From: Bdellovibrio sp.
Lineage (GTDB): Bacteria > Bdellovibrionota > Bdellovibrionia > Bdellovibrionales > Bdellovibrionaceae
Assembly: GCA_031428535.1 (NCBI GenBank)
Contig: JANPPN010000029.1
Span: forward strand, 21,754 to 85,753
DNA: 64,000 bases
Direction: 5' to 3'
This document shows positions 18,244 to 27,567 of the stretch, piece by piece. The notes under the pieces are model-generated. The model saw nothing but the letters and a program-made list of their open reading frames with translations, had not been told where the DNA came from and searched no databases. Within the stretch, counting starts at the first letter, position 1, and each line of letters opens with the position of its first letter. A program made the translations under genes and the position numbers.

Positions 18244-18562
18244 TGAACAATCCCTTATTAGACTCAATCTCTTCGATAAAATTTGTTCTTTTATTGAAAA
18301 GTTCTTTGTACTTAATTAACCGGCGCGAGTTGAGAAATAAAGTATCAGGAACATCGTAGTTTCCGGTAATTGTTTCATTTTCAAAATCGATCTTAATTTT
18401 CTTTTTTGCTTTATTTTTAGCTGCGGCGCTCGGTGTAGCGTTCGGAGCCGAACTCGGTGCAGACGGCGTGACCGCAGGTTCGGATTGAGCGCTGGCTGTT
18501 GAGCCGATCTGCATACTTAGCAAAATCAAAAAGAGTACGTATATCAATTTATTCCTGTGCAC
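18227..18562 (-). CDS. gltF: GltF/CglF-like gliding motility protein
   Basis: Signal peptide; KIKIDFENETITGNYDVPD...KYKELFNKRTNFIEEI matches the IDFxxxxIxG...LxxxRxxF pattern of CglF/GltF. Confidence 0.65.
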   Translation of the reverse strand: MHRNKLIYVLFLILLSMQIGSTASAQSEPAVTPSAPSSAPNATPSAAAKNKAKKKIKIDFENETITGNYDVPDTLFLNSRRLIKYKELFNKRTNFIEEIESNKGLFNEHQK

Positions 18563-20183
18563 AGAGATTATCTCCTAAATATTGATAATTACCGATTTCA
18601 TCCTGCCAAAATTCGCCCTGGAACGGCCAGTAACGGAAACCGTTCTTCACGTAGAAATTTCGGTTGTAAACTTCGTTGGGCGGCGGCGCATCTTTTGCGG
18701 CAATTTTTAAACGCAGCTGGCTCTTTTTAGCTTCGAGAATTTCGTAATACACAAATTTCATCTGTTGCTTATAGTAAGTAATGTTTTTCTCGATCGATAA
18801 GATGACCTGATTGAACTTGAGGGCCAATTGGTTTTTGAAGAAATTCAGACGGCCGGCATAGATTTTTTCAAGAAAGGGTCTTAATGGCGTTTTACTTGTA
18901 CCAAAATATTTATGTGCGAGTTTGGCCTCTTCGCGAACCATATTATAGGTGTCGTAAATATTTTTCATTCGGAAATCTTTCAGAATGGATCGTGTAACCT
19001 TAAATGGAATTTTGCCACCGTAATTTTTTGTATAATCTATTTCAGTATTGGAAGCGCTCTCATTTTTAAGAATTTCTGTTGCGAAATTGATTTCGTTAAT
19101 GGCGTCTGCAACCGTGATGGTCTGTGCCGTCCAGTTGCTTAATATATCGAGCGTGTTCGCGTAGTTTTCATTAAAGGTATTTACGGCTACTTCGGCATCG
19201 TCGAATTTACAGTTGTAATTAAGTAATATCGCCCGCAAAACCAAAGACTCAGGCTCGAAATAATTTTCGTAAAAAGGAGTATGCAGAGTATGGATTACAC
19301 TCAACGCCGAACGCAGCTTGCTAAGATGCAGATAGGTCCAGCCAAGTTCGGTTAAACTTTCCCGGTAAGCCTGGTTATCTTTAGAAATATTGCGATAATA
19401 ATCTGCGGCATCTTCAAACTTTTTTGCCTGAAAGTGTGCACGCGCGATATTTAGGAACGTGTAGCCTTTTTTCGGATTCATGTTACTGCGCTGGGCATAA
19501 AGCGCAAGCAGCTTATTATAGCTGTCGATTGCCATCTCGGTATCGTTCTTTTTCAGATAGCTTAGAGCCAGAAGATTCAGCGCAGGTTCGCTGTTTGGAT
19601 TTTTTTCGATCGATAGTTTCGCGTAGTTAATCGCCTGATCAAGTTGGCCCTTATCGAAGTTGACTGTTGCCAGTTTGAAATAATAAACATCGACTGCAAG
19701 TTTTTCGAGGTCGGTTATTTGCATCTTCGACATCGCAAAATCAAGCATATGTTGATCGCCGAGCTTATTTGAAATGGCAATTAGCTTTTCGAGTGATTTC
19801 TGTCTGAATTTTTTTGAATTTGAACGAATAACTTTAATCATCGGATAACTGCTGGCTTGATACAGTTTGAGATTATAGAGTGAAAGTCCCAGATAGTAAT
19901 TAGCCTGAGCCCGCGCCTCTTCACTAATTCGGTCGAGATTCGTCACTTTGTGAAATGAAACGGCCGCATTTGCGAATTTAGCCTGCTGATAATATTTTAC
20001 ACCCTGTTTAAGCGTTGCCAGGGCAGCACCCGAAGCTGCCGCATCTGGCGGCGAGGCCGGAGCCTTTTTTGCTGTTGCTGCTGGCTTTACCGCACCGGCT
20101 TTTGCTTTTGATGCAGCTGCCGAAGCGTTGATCGATAGTCCTAATAATACACAGATTAAAATATTAAGCTGTTTCATGATCAC
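18549..20183 (-). CDS. gltC: GltC-like periplasmic TPR protein
   Basis: Signal peptide, TPR repeats, ALSVIHTLHTPFY..YFEPES and C-terminal YWPFQGEFWQDEIGNY. Confidence 0.75.
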   Translation of the reverse strand: MIMKQLNILICVLLGLSINASAAASKAKAGAVKPAATAKKAPASPPDAAASGAALATLKQGVKYYQQAKFANAAVSFHKVTNLDRISEEARAQANYYLGLSLYNLKLYQASSYPMIKVIRSNSKKFRQKSLEKLIAISNKLGDQHMLDFAMSKMQITDLEKLAVDVYYFKLATVNFDKGQLDQAINYAKLSIEKNPNSEPALNLLALSYLKKNDTEMAIDSYNKLLALYAQRSNMNPKKGYTFLNIARAHFQAKKFEDAADYYRNISKDNQAYRESLTELGWTYLHLSKLRSALSVIHTLHTPFYENYFEPESLVLRAILLNYNCKFDDAEVAVNTFNENYANTLDILSNWTAQTITVADAINEINFATEILKNESASNTEIDYTKNYGGKIPFKVTRSILKDFRMKNIYDTYNMVREEAKLAHKYFGTSKTPLRPFLEKIYAGRLNFFKNQLALKFNQVILSIEKNITYYKQQMKFVYYEILEAKKSQLRLKIAAKDAPPPNEVYNRNFYVKNGFRYWPFQGEFWQDEIGNYQYLGDNLCAQE

Positions 20184-21013
20184 CTATAATCCGGCTTGGG
20201 CCAAAATAGACTGTAACTCACCGTAAGGAATAGCGAATTGTTCGACTGTTCCTGGTTATTAATATTCCGCGTATTATAGAGTAACCACTGAAGATTGAGA
20301 TCAAGAGCCGAAGACCGCGTCAGCGAGATCAACTGACCGAGGCTGAAGCTTGTTGCTGTGCTTGCCAGATTGGATTGATTCGTGACCTGTCCGATTCCGC
20401 CGGAAAAGTAAATTTCGAACGGAAAAATTTGTTTATTCAGCAGCGACCACTTCCCGTAGATCGGGCTAAAGTACACGCTGGCACTGTAGGCATTAGTCAG
20501 AGTAACCAGATTTTCAATATTAACGAGTTGCACATCACGGATATTCTGGGTTTGGCTGCCTTTATTCGAACTCAGCAATACACCAGTGAGGCCAACACCC
20601 CAGGTTTCGTCAAAATTGTAGATTGCACCCAGACTTAGGCCGAGATTCGTGTAGAAAACGTCATTAGTAACTGTAGTAATCCCCGACTTTACCTGAAGCC
20701 GTGCGGATTTTGGCATATAATTTTTCTGTACAATACTATAGTCATCGTAGCTGGTATCGGAAATAATTTTTGAATAGTCCGAAACATTGAGTTTCTTGAT
20801 CTCTCTAGTGGTCATCGGCTTATTCAGCACTTCTTTTGAAGAGTCCGCGTCTTCTGGTGTTGTATTCTGTTTCAATAGTTGATCAATTTCATCAATTGTC
20901 TGTCTATCGATACTCGAAGGCGAACCTGCCGACTGTGGCGGCGCCTGAGCGAATGTTTTGTTTTGAACGCATAGTATAAATGGAATTAAGCCGAATATAG
21001 TTTTTATTTTCAC
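20180..21013 (-). CDS. Outer-membrane beta-barrel protein, GltA/B/H-like
   Basis: Signal peptide; IVQKNYMPKSARLQ, NDVFY, FSPIYGKWSLL motifs. Confidence 0.75.
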   Translation of the reverse strand: MKIKTIFGLIPFILCVQNKTFAQAPPQSAGSPSSIDRQTIDEIDQLLKQNTTPEDADSSKEVLNKPMTTREIKKLNVSDYSKIISDTSYDDYSIVQKNYMPKSARLQVKSGITTVTNDVFYTNLGLSLGAIYNFDETWGVGLTGVLLSSNKGSQTQNIRDVQLVNIENLVTLTNAYSASVYFSPIYGKWSLLNKQIFPFEIYFSGGIGQVTNQSNLASTATSFSLGQLISLTRSSALDLNLQWLLYNTRNINNQEQSNNSLFLTVSYSLFWPKPDYR

Positions 21014-21122
21014 TTCACTAGGCTAAATGAAATCAAACAGCGAATCTACGATTATCGTAGCTGGACTCGACCCCAGTCTTGCTTGAAGAAGCCACTAAAA
21101 TTAGCAAATGCAAACTTAAATA

Positions 21123-21138
21123 TGGCAAGAATGTTGCT
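21123..21138 (+). promoter_or_regulatory. sigma54-type promoter upstream of DUF5335-like gene
   Basis: TGGCAAGAATGTTGCT, close to TGGCAC-N5-TTGC consensus. Confidence 0.75.
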
Positions 21139-21204
21139 CTTTAAAACGTGGCAGCGCGGAAGAATATAAAATGCCCGTCAAATGGTGCAAAAAAGGATTT
21201 TAAA

Positions 21205-21549
21205 ATGCAAAATCATACGATCAATAAAGCTGAATATAAAAGTTATTTTGACAATATCTCAAGACTCGCTAAAGGACAGCAGGTCGAGCTTGAAGTGACC
21301 GGACTTGATATCGGCAACCAGATTGAAACGGAATGGGTCGCGCTCGAAGGATTTTCGTACGACCCACAGGGTGAAATTCTGGTCGTACATACCCCTACTT
21401 TGGACCATGCCGTTCACCATCCGGTGCAAATCATAGCGGCCGAGGATGGCCTTGAGCTGAGCTCATTGTTCATTAAAGACACGGAAAACCATACCCATAT
21501 TGTTCAGTTTCGTCACCCGTTGCAACTCGAGCAACAGAAACAGCATTAG
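21205..21549 (+). CDS. DUF5335-like protein
   Basis: YFDNISR...VELEVTGLDIGNQIETEWVALEGFSYDP...LDHAVHHP; RBS AAGGA before ATG 21205. Confidence 0.75.
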   Translation: MQNHTINKAEYKSYFDNISRLAKGQQVELEVTGLDIGNQIETEWVALEGFSYDPQGEILVVHTPTLDHAVHHPVQIIAAEDGLELSSLFIKDTENHTHIVQFRHPLQLEQQKQH

Positions 21550-22334
21550 AAACCGAAGGCCAACTTAACAGATGTGCGGGTTGCTCCGAAACTTTGCGAG
21601 ACTTCAGCGCCGATTTTCATAATTAATAGATTCACATCAACACCCGCGATCATCTGAGTTGCGCTCACTGTTTTTGTTTCAGACTGCGCTGTAGAATAGG
21701 CCGGATCAAAAATTGAATTCGCGCCGGTTACGCCCAGTTCGTTTGTACCGGAAAGCATTCCGACTCCAAGATAGGGTTCAACCACTGGCAGCATCGGTGA
21801 AATCAGAAGCTGTAGTCCTGTCACTTTTGTTTTACTCGAAACCGTTACCGCCGTAGCGGCGACAGTTTGTCCGAACTCGAAAGAGGCGTTGGAATAAAAT
21901 CCACGAAGCGCAAGGTTCACCGGTAGTACCGGCACGACTTCATTGATATTCCATTTAACGGCGAAGGAAGTTGAATTCAAACTTGCGCCCGCAGTGGTCA
22001 ATTTGGGAATAATAACCGCTTCGAATGCAATTCCCATCGGAATCCCGACGGCACCCAGTAACCCGGCATTATAAAGATTTTCGAGGCCGGAGCCCCCGCT
22101 TCGTTTCACAATGGCATCAGTATTTGGAGTTCCGGTCTGACCGGCGATCAAACCGACCTGCACCCCGAACAAGGTTCCCATTTTTGAAGCGCCCAACATT
22201 GAACTATGGGTAAAGTTTGCCGAAAACTCTTTTGTTATGCTGTCAAAATCCGATTGGGTAATGCCGGTAAAACTCGGATCAGCAAAAGCCTGAAGCGCAG
22301 TTAACAGAAATAGTGAACCTATAAAATTTTTCAT
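21546..22334 (-). CDS. Putative outer-membrane beta-barrel protein
   Basis: Signal peptide, alternating beta-strands, VEPYLGVG, C-terminal KLAFGF. Confidence 0.65.
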   Translation of the reverse strand: MKNFIGSLFLLTALQAFADPSFTGITQSDFDSITKEFSANFTHSSMLGASKMGTLFGVQVGLIAGQTGTPNTDAIVKRSGGSGLENLYNAGLLGAVGIPMGIAFEAVIIPKLTTAGASLNSTSFAVKWNINEVVPVLPVNLALRGFYSNASFEFGQTVAATAVTVSSKTKVTGLQLLISPMLPVVEPYLGVGMLSGTNELGVTGANSIFDPAYSTAQSETKTVSATQMIAGVDVNLLIMKIGAEVSQSFGATRTSVKLAFGF

Positions 22335-22434
22335 AATGACTCCTGTAACTTTTATCTCAACTTAAAAAATTGCTTTAGTCACGTGTTTTGGGAACACTCG
22401 GAAGCAACGTGAAAAAAAACCCCCTCGCAGAAAA

Positions 22435-22450
22435 TGGCTTTAAATTTGCT
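22435..22450 (+). promoter_or_regulatory. sigma54-type promoter upstream of flavodoxin
   Basis: TGGCTTTAAATTTGCT, 42 nt before ATG. Confidence 0.7.
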
Positions 22451-22491
22451 GCATTTGACAACAGATAGCCACTTCAAAAAGGAGAAAAATC

Positions 22492-23034
22492 ATGAGCCCG
22501 GAAAAAGTCCTTATCGTCTATTTTTCAAGAACGGGCCGTACGAAAATTCTGGCACGCGAAATTTCCCACAAACTCGGTTGCGCAATTGAAGAGGTAAAAA
22601 CTCCGAAACGTTATACCGGAATTTTAGGCTATCAGTTGGCACTCCTACAGGCGACATTCAAAGTTTTGCCTGAAATCGCACCGATACAGAGCAATTTGGC
22701 CAACTATGATCTCATTATAATGGGGGGGCCGGTCTGGGGCGGTTCGATTTGCAGCCCGCTCAGAACTTTCATCGAAAGTTATAAAAACGAATTCAAAAAT
22801 GTTGCCTTCATGGCCGCCCAGAGTCGAAAAATCGGAAGAAATTATGTTTTTGACCAAATGCGAATCGCGGCTCAAAGGATTCCGTTAGCAACACTTGACA
22901 TCACCGAACGCGACTTCAAAAACGGATTATACAAAAACAGCATTTCTTCTTTTATTATGAAATTAAGCCTCATTAATCCGAAAATTAACCGAAGACGGAT
23001 TGCCGAACCCACCACGACTGAAGCAAATTACTGA
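22492..23034 (+). CDS. Flavodoxin family protein
   Basis: LIVYFSRTGRT FMN loop; YDLIIMGGPVWGG. Confidence 0.85.
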   Translation: MSPEKVLIVYFSRTGRTKILAREISHKLGCAIEEVKTPKRYTGILGYQLALLQATFKVLPEIAPIQSNLANYDLIIMGGPVWGGSICSPLRTFIESYKNEFKNVAFMAAQSRKIGRNYVFDQMRIAAQRIPLATLDITERDFKNGLYKNSISSFIMKLSLINPKINRRRIAEPTTTEANY

Positions 23035-23089
23035 AGAATTTTAGTGTGACAGATCTGCAGGAATTTTTTATCCTGCAGAAGAGGTCTCA

Positions 23090-23803
23090 ATGAAAAAATC
23101 CAAGAAAAAAATCGAACTACATGGCGAAAACCATAGATCGCACCATATTGGCTGGCTCCGCGCAGCCGTGCTGGGCGCAAATGATGGCATTATTTCAACC
23201 TCAAGTCTTATCGTGGGAGTTTCGGCCGCACATGCAACCTATCAAAATATTTTAATCAGCGCCGTAGCGGGGCTTGTATCCGGAGCGATGTCAATGGCAG
23301 CCGGCGAATATGTGTCGGTCAGTTCTCAGTCCGACATCGAAAAGGCCGACCTCGAAATTGAACGGGAAGCCATTGCAACCAATCTGACCTTCGAACGGGA
23401 AGAACTTGCACAGATTTACATGGAACGCGGTCTTGAACCGACGCTCGCCAGAGAAGTTGCGTTCCAATTGATGGAGCATGATGCCCTCGGTGCCCACGCA
23501 CGCGACGAACTTGGAATTTCTATGGCGTCGGTTGCCCGACCGGTGCAGGCCGCACTGACATCCGCTGCGACGTTTTCGACGGGAGCCCTGCTGCCACTCC
23601 TGATCGTCTTTTTCTCCTCAGAACAAGTTCTGATTCCAACGGTCGTGGGCTCTTCACTATTTTTTCTGGCCGTGCTTGGAGCAGCCGCGGCGCGAATCGG
23701 CGGTGCCAGCATTTTAAGAGGCGCCGCCCGCGTTACTTTCTGGGGTGCAATTGCCATGTTGTTGACAATGGGAATCGGCGTTTTATTCGGAACTGTTCTT
23801 TAA
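23090..23803 (+). CDS. VIT1/CCC1 family iron/manganese transporter
   Basis: WLRAAVLGANDGIIS, SMAAGEYVSVSSQSD, AHARDELGI. Confidence 0.95.
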   Translation: MKKSKKKIELHGENHRSHHIGWLRAAVLGANDGIISTSSLIVGVSAAHATYQNILISAVAGLVSGAMSMAAGEYVSVSSQSDIEKADLEIEREAIATNLTFEREELAQIYMERGLEPTLAREVAFQLMEHDALGAHARDELGISMASVARPVQAALTSAATFSTGALLPLLIVFFSSEQVLIPTVVGSSLFFLAVLGAAAARIGGASILRGAARVTFWGAIAMLLTMGIGVLFGTVL

Positions 23804-23889
23804 ACGAACAATAAGCAATCCGGTGTTGATGGCCTACCCATGCACTTGGTTTTGGTATGATTACGGATTACTACAAATCCTCTAATCCG

Positions 23890-24192
23890 CTAAGCAACTT
23901 CAATATCAAAATCAAGATGCAATTTTTCTCCAAGATCCATCAGCTTATCAACCGTATAAAGATCAATCCGATATTTCACGATTTCATTGATACGAGAAGG
24001 GTCGACTTTTAATTTTCTGGCCAACCGAACTTGAGACATATCATGCTCTGTAAGATAAATAACAAACTTCTCACACAGCTTGTATTTTAATTGGTCGGCC
24101 TTGGACGCATTTTTAGGGAGCATATAAGAAGGCTCAGCGTTTTCAAGCTTTTTACGAATCGATTTTAATTCTTTTTCACTTGGGAACCCCAT
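23890..24192 (-). CDS. XRE-family HTH protein, putative antitoxin
   Basis: MSQVRLARKLKVDPSRINEIV HTH; 2 nt downstream of partner ORF. Confidence 0.75.
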   Translation of the reverse strand: MGFPSEKELKSIRKKLENAEPSYMLPKNASKADQLKYKLCEKFVIYLTEHDMSQVRLARKLKVDPSRINEIVKYRIDLYTVDKLMDLGEKLHLDFDIEVA

Positions 24193-24194
24193 GC

Positions 24195-24503
24195 CTATCT
24201 CCTTCGTTTATCTCGGTAAGCGTTCACTACACCAATAAAAATGGCATCATCCTCAAGCAGCCAAATCAGCCGATACTGTTTCTCATCCAGCTCAATCAAC
24301 GTGGCAAAGTAGGAATAATTATCAGTTCGAGCTTCTGGAAGCTCTCTTCGCCCGTCCAGCTCTTTCACCAACTTCAAGATCAAGCGATCGTTCATATGGT
24401 CGCTATGCTTTTCTTGGTAATGCATGTCGATCACAACTTGAACGATCTTAATGCCGTTCACAGCTATTGGCTCAATGTCGTATCGCTGCTGCTTAACTTC
24501 CAC
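24195..24503 (-). CDS. Small hypothetical protein, putative toxin (RelE/BrnT-like size and gene order)
   Basis: 102 aa; C-terminal YRLIWLL...IGVVNAYR beta-strands; precedes HTH gene. Confidence 0.55.
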   Translation of the reverse strand: MEVKQQRYDIEPIAVNGIKIVQVVIDMHYQEKHSDHMNDRLILKLVKELDGRRELPEARTDNYSYFATLIELDEKQYRLIWLLEDDAIFIGVVNAYRDKRRR

Positions 24504-24519
24504 GTATAAAGAATACAGC

Positions 24520-24541
24520 TAATTGCGTAATTTCGCAATTA
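24520..24541. promoter_or_regulatory. Palindromic operator upstream of TA-like pair
   Basis: TAATTGCG-N6-CGCAATTA perfect inverted repeat about 17 nt before the GTG. Confidence 0.6.
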
Positions 24542-24581
24542 ATATTTTTGTTGGATTTGAAATTGAATAAGTTTAATGTCC

Positions 24582-24791
24582 GGACAAACTGGCGCTTCCG
24601 ATGGCGTCGGCTGCCCGACCGGTGCAGGCCGCACTGACATCGGCTGCGACGTTTTCGACGGGAGCACTGCAGCAGCGGCGCGAATCGGGCGGCGCTAGTA
24701 TTTTAAGAGGCGCAACCCGAGTTACTTTCTGGGGTGCCATTGCCATGTTATTGACAATGGGAATCGGCGTGCTTTTCTGAACCTTATTTAA
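24582..24791 (+). pseudogene. Decayed duplicate of the 3' end of the VIT1/CCC1 gene
   Basis: 24601-24670 matches 23522-23591 and 24671-24791 matches about 23680-23803, with about 90 nt internal deletion, indels and a premature TGA. Confidence 0.9.
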
Positions 24792-24800
24792 GGCGGCGAC

Positions 24801-25973
24801 TCAATTTGCTATTTCAAACATTTTTCTGACGGTATCGGCAATTTTTTCAAGAGCCGATAAATCCACCGGGCCATATAGTGGATCAGAGCCCAAACTATGA
24901 CCCAGATTTTCCAAGGCAACAACTTCTGGCTTTGTCCGTAAATTTTTCGCACTTTCTATTATTCGCGTTTGCCTTAAATGATCAGTCTGTGAATCTTTTG
25001 TTCCTGCGAAATATACAATGGGACCAGGAAATTTTGATAACTTATCAACTACGTTATTTTCATCTTCGAAAAACATTTTCCACCACTTATATGACGCCTG
25101 CGTAACGCCGTTTGCAGCATAGGGTTCCTCGTCAGGATACGAGAGCGCTGCCATTTTAATTTCAGTATAGCTTGCCTGCCGCTGATTTGTGATTGAATCT
25201 CTTGTCCAAAATCCAACTGGGGATAGCAGCACTTCTAACGGATATATATCCAACACACTTGCTTTGTGATTTTCTTCAATTTCTTTATTTTCTATCCGAC
25301 CATCACCGTTTTTATCCATTTGCATAATTCCATCGACCATTCTTCCTTTGACCTGCCACTCAATAACACTTGCGGGACTTTCAGCAAGGCCACCCATAAA
25401 AACAATTCCGATGGGATATATCAGACTGTTTTTCACTAAATTTGAAATATGTATAGATCCTTCGGAGTGGCCAAACATTATAATTTTTTTGGCATCTACT
25501 TTTGGGTTATTTACTGCAAACTGATAGGTCAGAAGCAAATCTTCTTGTATATTGGAGGGCGTAACAGTGCTGCGGATCTCGTTGTTGATACATGACTTAA
25601 AGTAAAATCTTACAGTGGCTTTTTTATCTGCGCAGTCCGGACATTTTGGCATTGATTGTAAACTGCATTTGACACCACGGTAATCATACCTGAGTACTGC
25701 AAAACCAGCTTGCACAAGTTTTTTTGAGATGACTTTGAAAATTAGTGAATTTTCATCTTTAGGGTTGCCAAATTCGACGTCCCGGTCAAATAGGCCCGTG
25801 CCAGACTGCATAATAACAAGAGGGCTTGATTTAGATCCGGAATCCGGAAAATCAATTTGGCCATTTATGACCGTCTTACTATCGAATGTTTGCAAGCTGA
25901 AACTCTGACTTTCAGCTGAAAACAGACCGACAGAGTACGTAAATCCAATAAGAAAGCAAACCACCGAATTCAT
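24801..25973 (-). CDS. Secreted alpha/beta hydrolase
   Basis: Signal peptide; GSGxxDRD-like SGTGLFDRD, LRYDYRG, GHSEG nucleophile elbow, GTKDSQ, LGHSL. Confidence 0.85.
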   Translation of the reverse strand: MNSVVCFLIGFTYSVGLFSAESQSFSLQTFDSKTVINGQIDFPDSGSKSSPLVIMQSGTGLFDRDVEFGNPKDENSLIFKVISKKLVQAGFAVLRYDYRGVKCSLQSMPKCPDCADKKATVRFYFKSCINNEIRSTVTPSNIQEDLLLTYQFAVNNPKVDAKKIIMFGHSEGSIHISNLVKNSLIYPIGIVFMGGLAESPASVIEWQVKGRMVDGIMQMDKNGDGRIENKEIEENHKASVLDIYPLEVLLSPVGFWTRDSITNQRQASYTEIKMAALSYPDEEPYAANGVTQASYKWWKMFFEDENNVVDKLSKFPGPIVYFAGTKDSQTDHLRQTRIIESAKNLRTKPEVVALENLGHSLGSDPLYGPVDLSALEKIADTVRKMFEIAN

Positions 25974-26311
25974 TTTCGGAACATAACACAATTTCCTTGA
26001 TCAACAAATGTATAAACTTTTGACGTATAAAATATACTATCAGAGAGAAGATCATAACATTTCTTCGCCAATTTTTTAACGAACTGAAATTATTACCTCC
26101 CCTAAAAAACTTTTAGGCAACATCTACAAGAGCCCTATTTTAGTAATGCAGGTATCTCGTAAAAAAATAAAATTAAAAACGGCAGAATGTGTTGGTGTCT
26201 TACCAGAAATCTCATTCTGAGACGCACCATTGACTCTTAGCCAAAGTGGCTAACATTTTTTGTAACTCCGAGCAAACCGGCCTGCCCAGATTGAACTCAA
26301 TTCACTGCGGC

Positions 26312-26327
26312 TGGCACATTCAATGAA
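26312..26327 (+). promoter_or_regulatory. sigma54-like promoter (-12 GA variant) upstream of three-gene secreted operon
   Basis: TGGCACATTCAATGAA, perfect -24 box, 29 nt before ATG 26356. Confidence 0.5.
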
Positions 26328-26355
26328 ATGGTTACTATTAGGCAAAGGGATATAT

Positions 26356-27567
26356 ATGCTCAAAATGGCAAACCTATTATTGATTCTAATGGTTTTTAGC
26401 TTTTCAACAGCTCAGGCTTTATTGTGCAAACAACTTTTTCTGGAAACAGGAAAAGGCGTCAATATCGTATTGCAGTCGCCGGATTCTCCAAGTGAATTGA
26501 ATCTGAAGGCCCGGGTTTTTGAAGCAACCGGCAATGCCAAGGAAATCAGTCAGGAAGTATCGGATCTGGTGCTGATGATGGCGCAGGCACGATCGCCGAT
26601 CATAAGTGACAAAGAGATCAATCAAAAAGGTAAACTCGTACTTGGTCTGCCAATCGGCAACGGATTTGTGCTCGAACTGAAGTACCGCTCCAACTCCACT
26701 TTTGAAGACAAATTCGTGCTCGATCACATTAATCTTCTTTCGCCTTCCGGTAAGCAAATTGATGTGTCTGCCAATCCCATCGATATCTATGATGATCGCA
26801 AAATATCAAAAGAACGTGTTAATTTCGAAATCGGCACCTATCCGAATGGTTACAATGTTTACGCCAATATTCCCACCTTAATTAAAGGCGATGTTCTCAG
26901 AGAAATTCAACAACTGGCACCTAAACTGGAACTCCTGCCTAAAGATGTACTGCGTGAACTTGCAAAAGAGGCAAACCTGAAAGCCCTCAAATCAAAGGCC
27001 AACAAAGCCTACATGAAATACTTCATCAAACGTTATAGCATACGTGGTGTTTTCAAAACCTTATTTAAGATTGTAGTGTATGAGCCGATAAAAATGCTCT
27101 TTACGGTTGGAGTTGTTTATTTTGCTATGAGCACAACCGGCATGGTGAACAACCCTAGTAACATTACCGAAATGCTGTTTCCTGCCAAAAGCTCAGAATG
27201 GGTTTCGAAAAGCCTGACCGATAGCATACGGGCCGAAGCGCTGCCGGCAGACGTCAAAAAACAGCTCGAAGTATTGCAGACCGATCTGGTTAAAGATCCT
27301 TCGATGAATCAAAGTAACAATAATACGGCGGCGGATTTAAATGCCCCGAAACTTCAGGTAACCAAAGACCAATATCTCTGGACAACCACGGTTGTCGATA
27401 AAGAAACCGGCAAGGCCGCTACGGTTATCTTTGTAAGCCGCGATAACAAAAATGGCCAAGTCACGTATGCCGCTATTAAAGTGGACCCTGAAAAATTTAA
27501 AAGCCTTATTGAATACATTCGATCAATTGGTCAGTTCATTCCGGTCAGCAGCGAGGATCTCAAATAG
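26356..27567 (+). CDS. Secreted hypothetical protein with central hydrophobic segment
   Basis: Signal peptide ...FSTAQA then LLCKQLF; hydrophobic stretch IKMLFTVGVVYFAMSTTG; RBS AAGGGA. Confidence 0.75.
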   Translation: MLKMANLLLILMVFSFSTAQALLCKQLFLETGKGVNIVLQSPDSPSELNLKARVFEATGNAKEISQEVSDLVLMMAQARSPIISDKEINQKGKLVLGLPIGNGFVLELKYRSNSTFEDKFVLDHINLLSPSGKQIDVSANPIDIYDDRKISKERVNFEIGTYPNGYNVYANIPTLIKGDVLREIQQLAPKLELLPKDVLRELAKEANLKALKSKANKAYMKYFIKRYSIRGVFKTLFKIVVYEPIKMLFTVGVVYFAMSTTGMVNNPSNITEMLFPAKSSEWVSKSLTDSIRAEALPADVKKQLEVLQTDLVKDPSMNQSNNNTAADLNAPKLQVTKDQYLWTTTVVDKETGKAATVIFVSRDNKNGQVTYAAIKVDPEKFKSLIEYIRSIGQFIPVSSEDLK

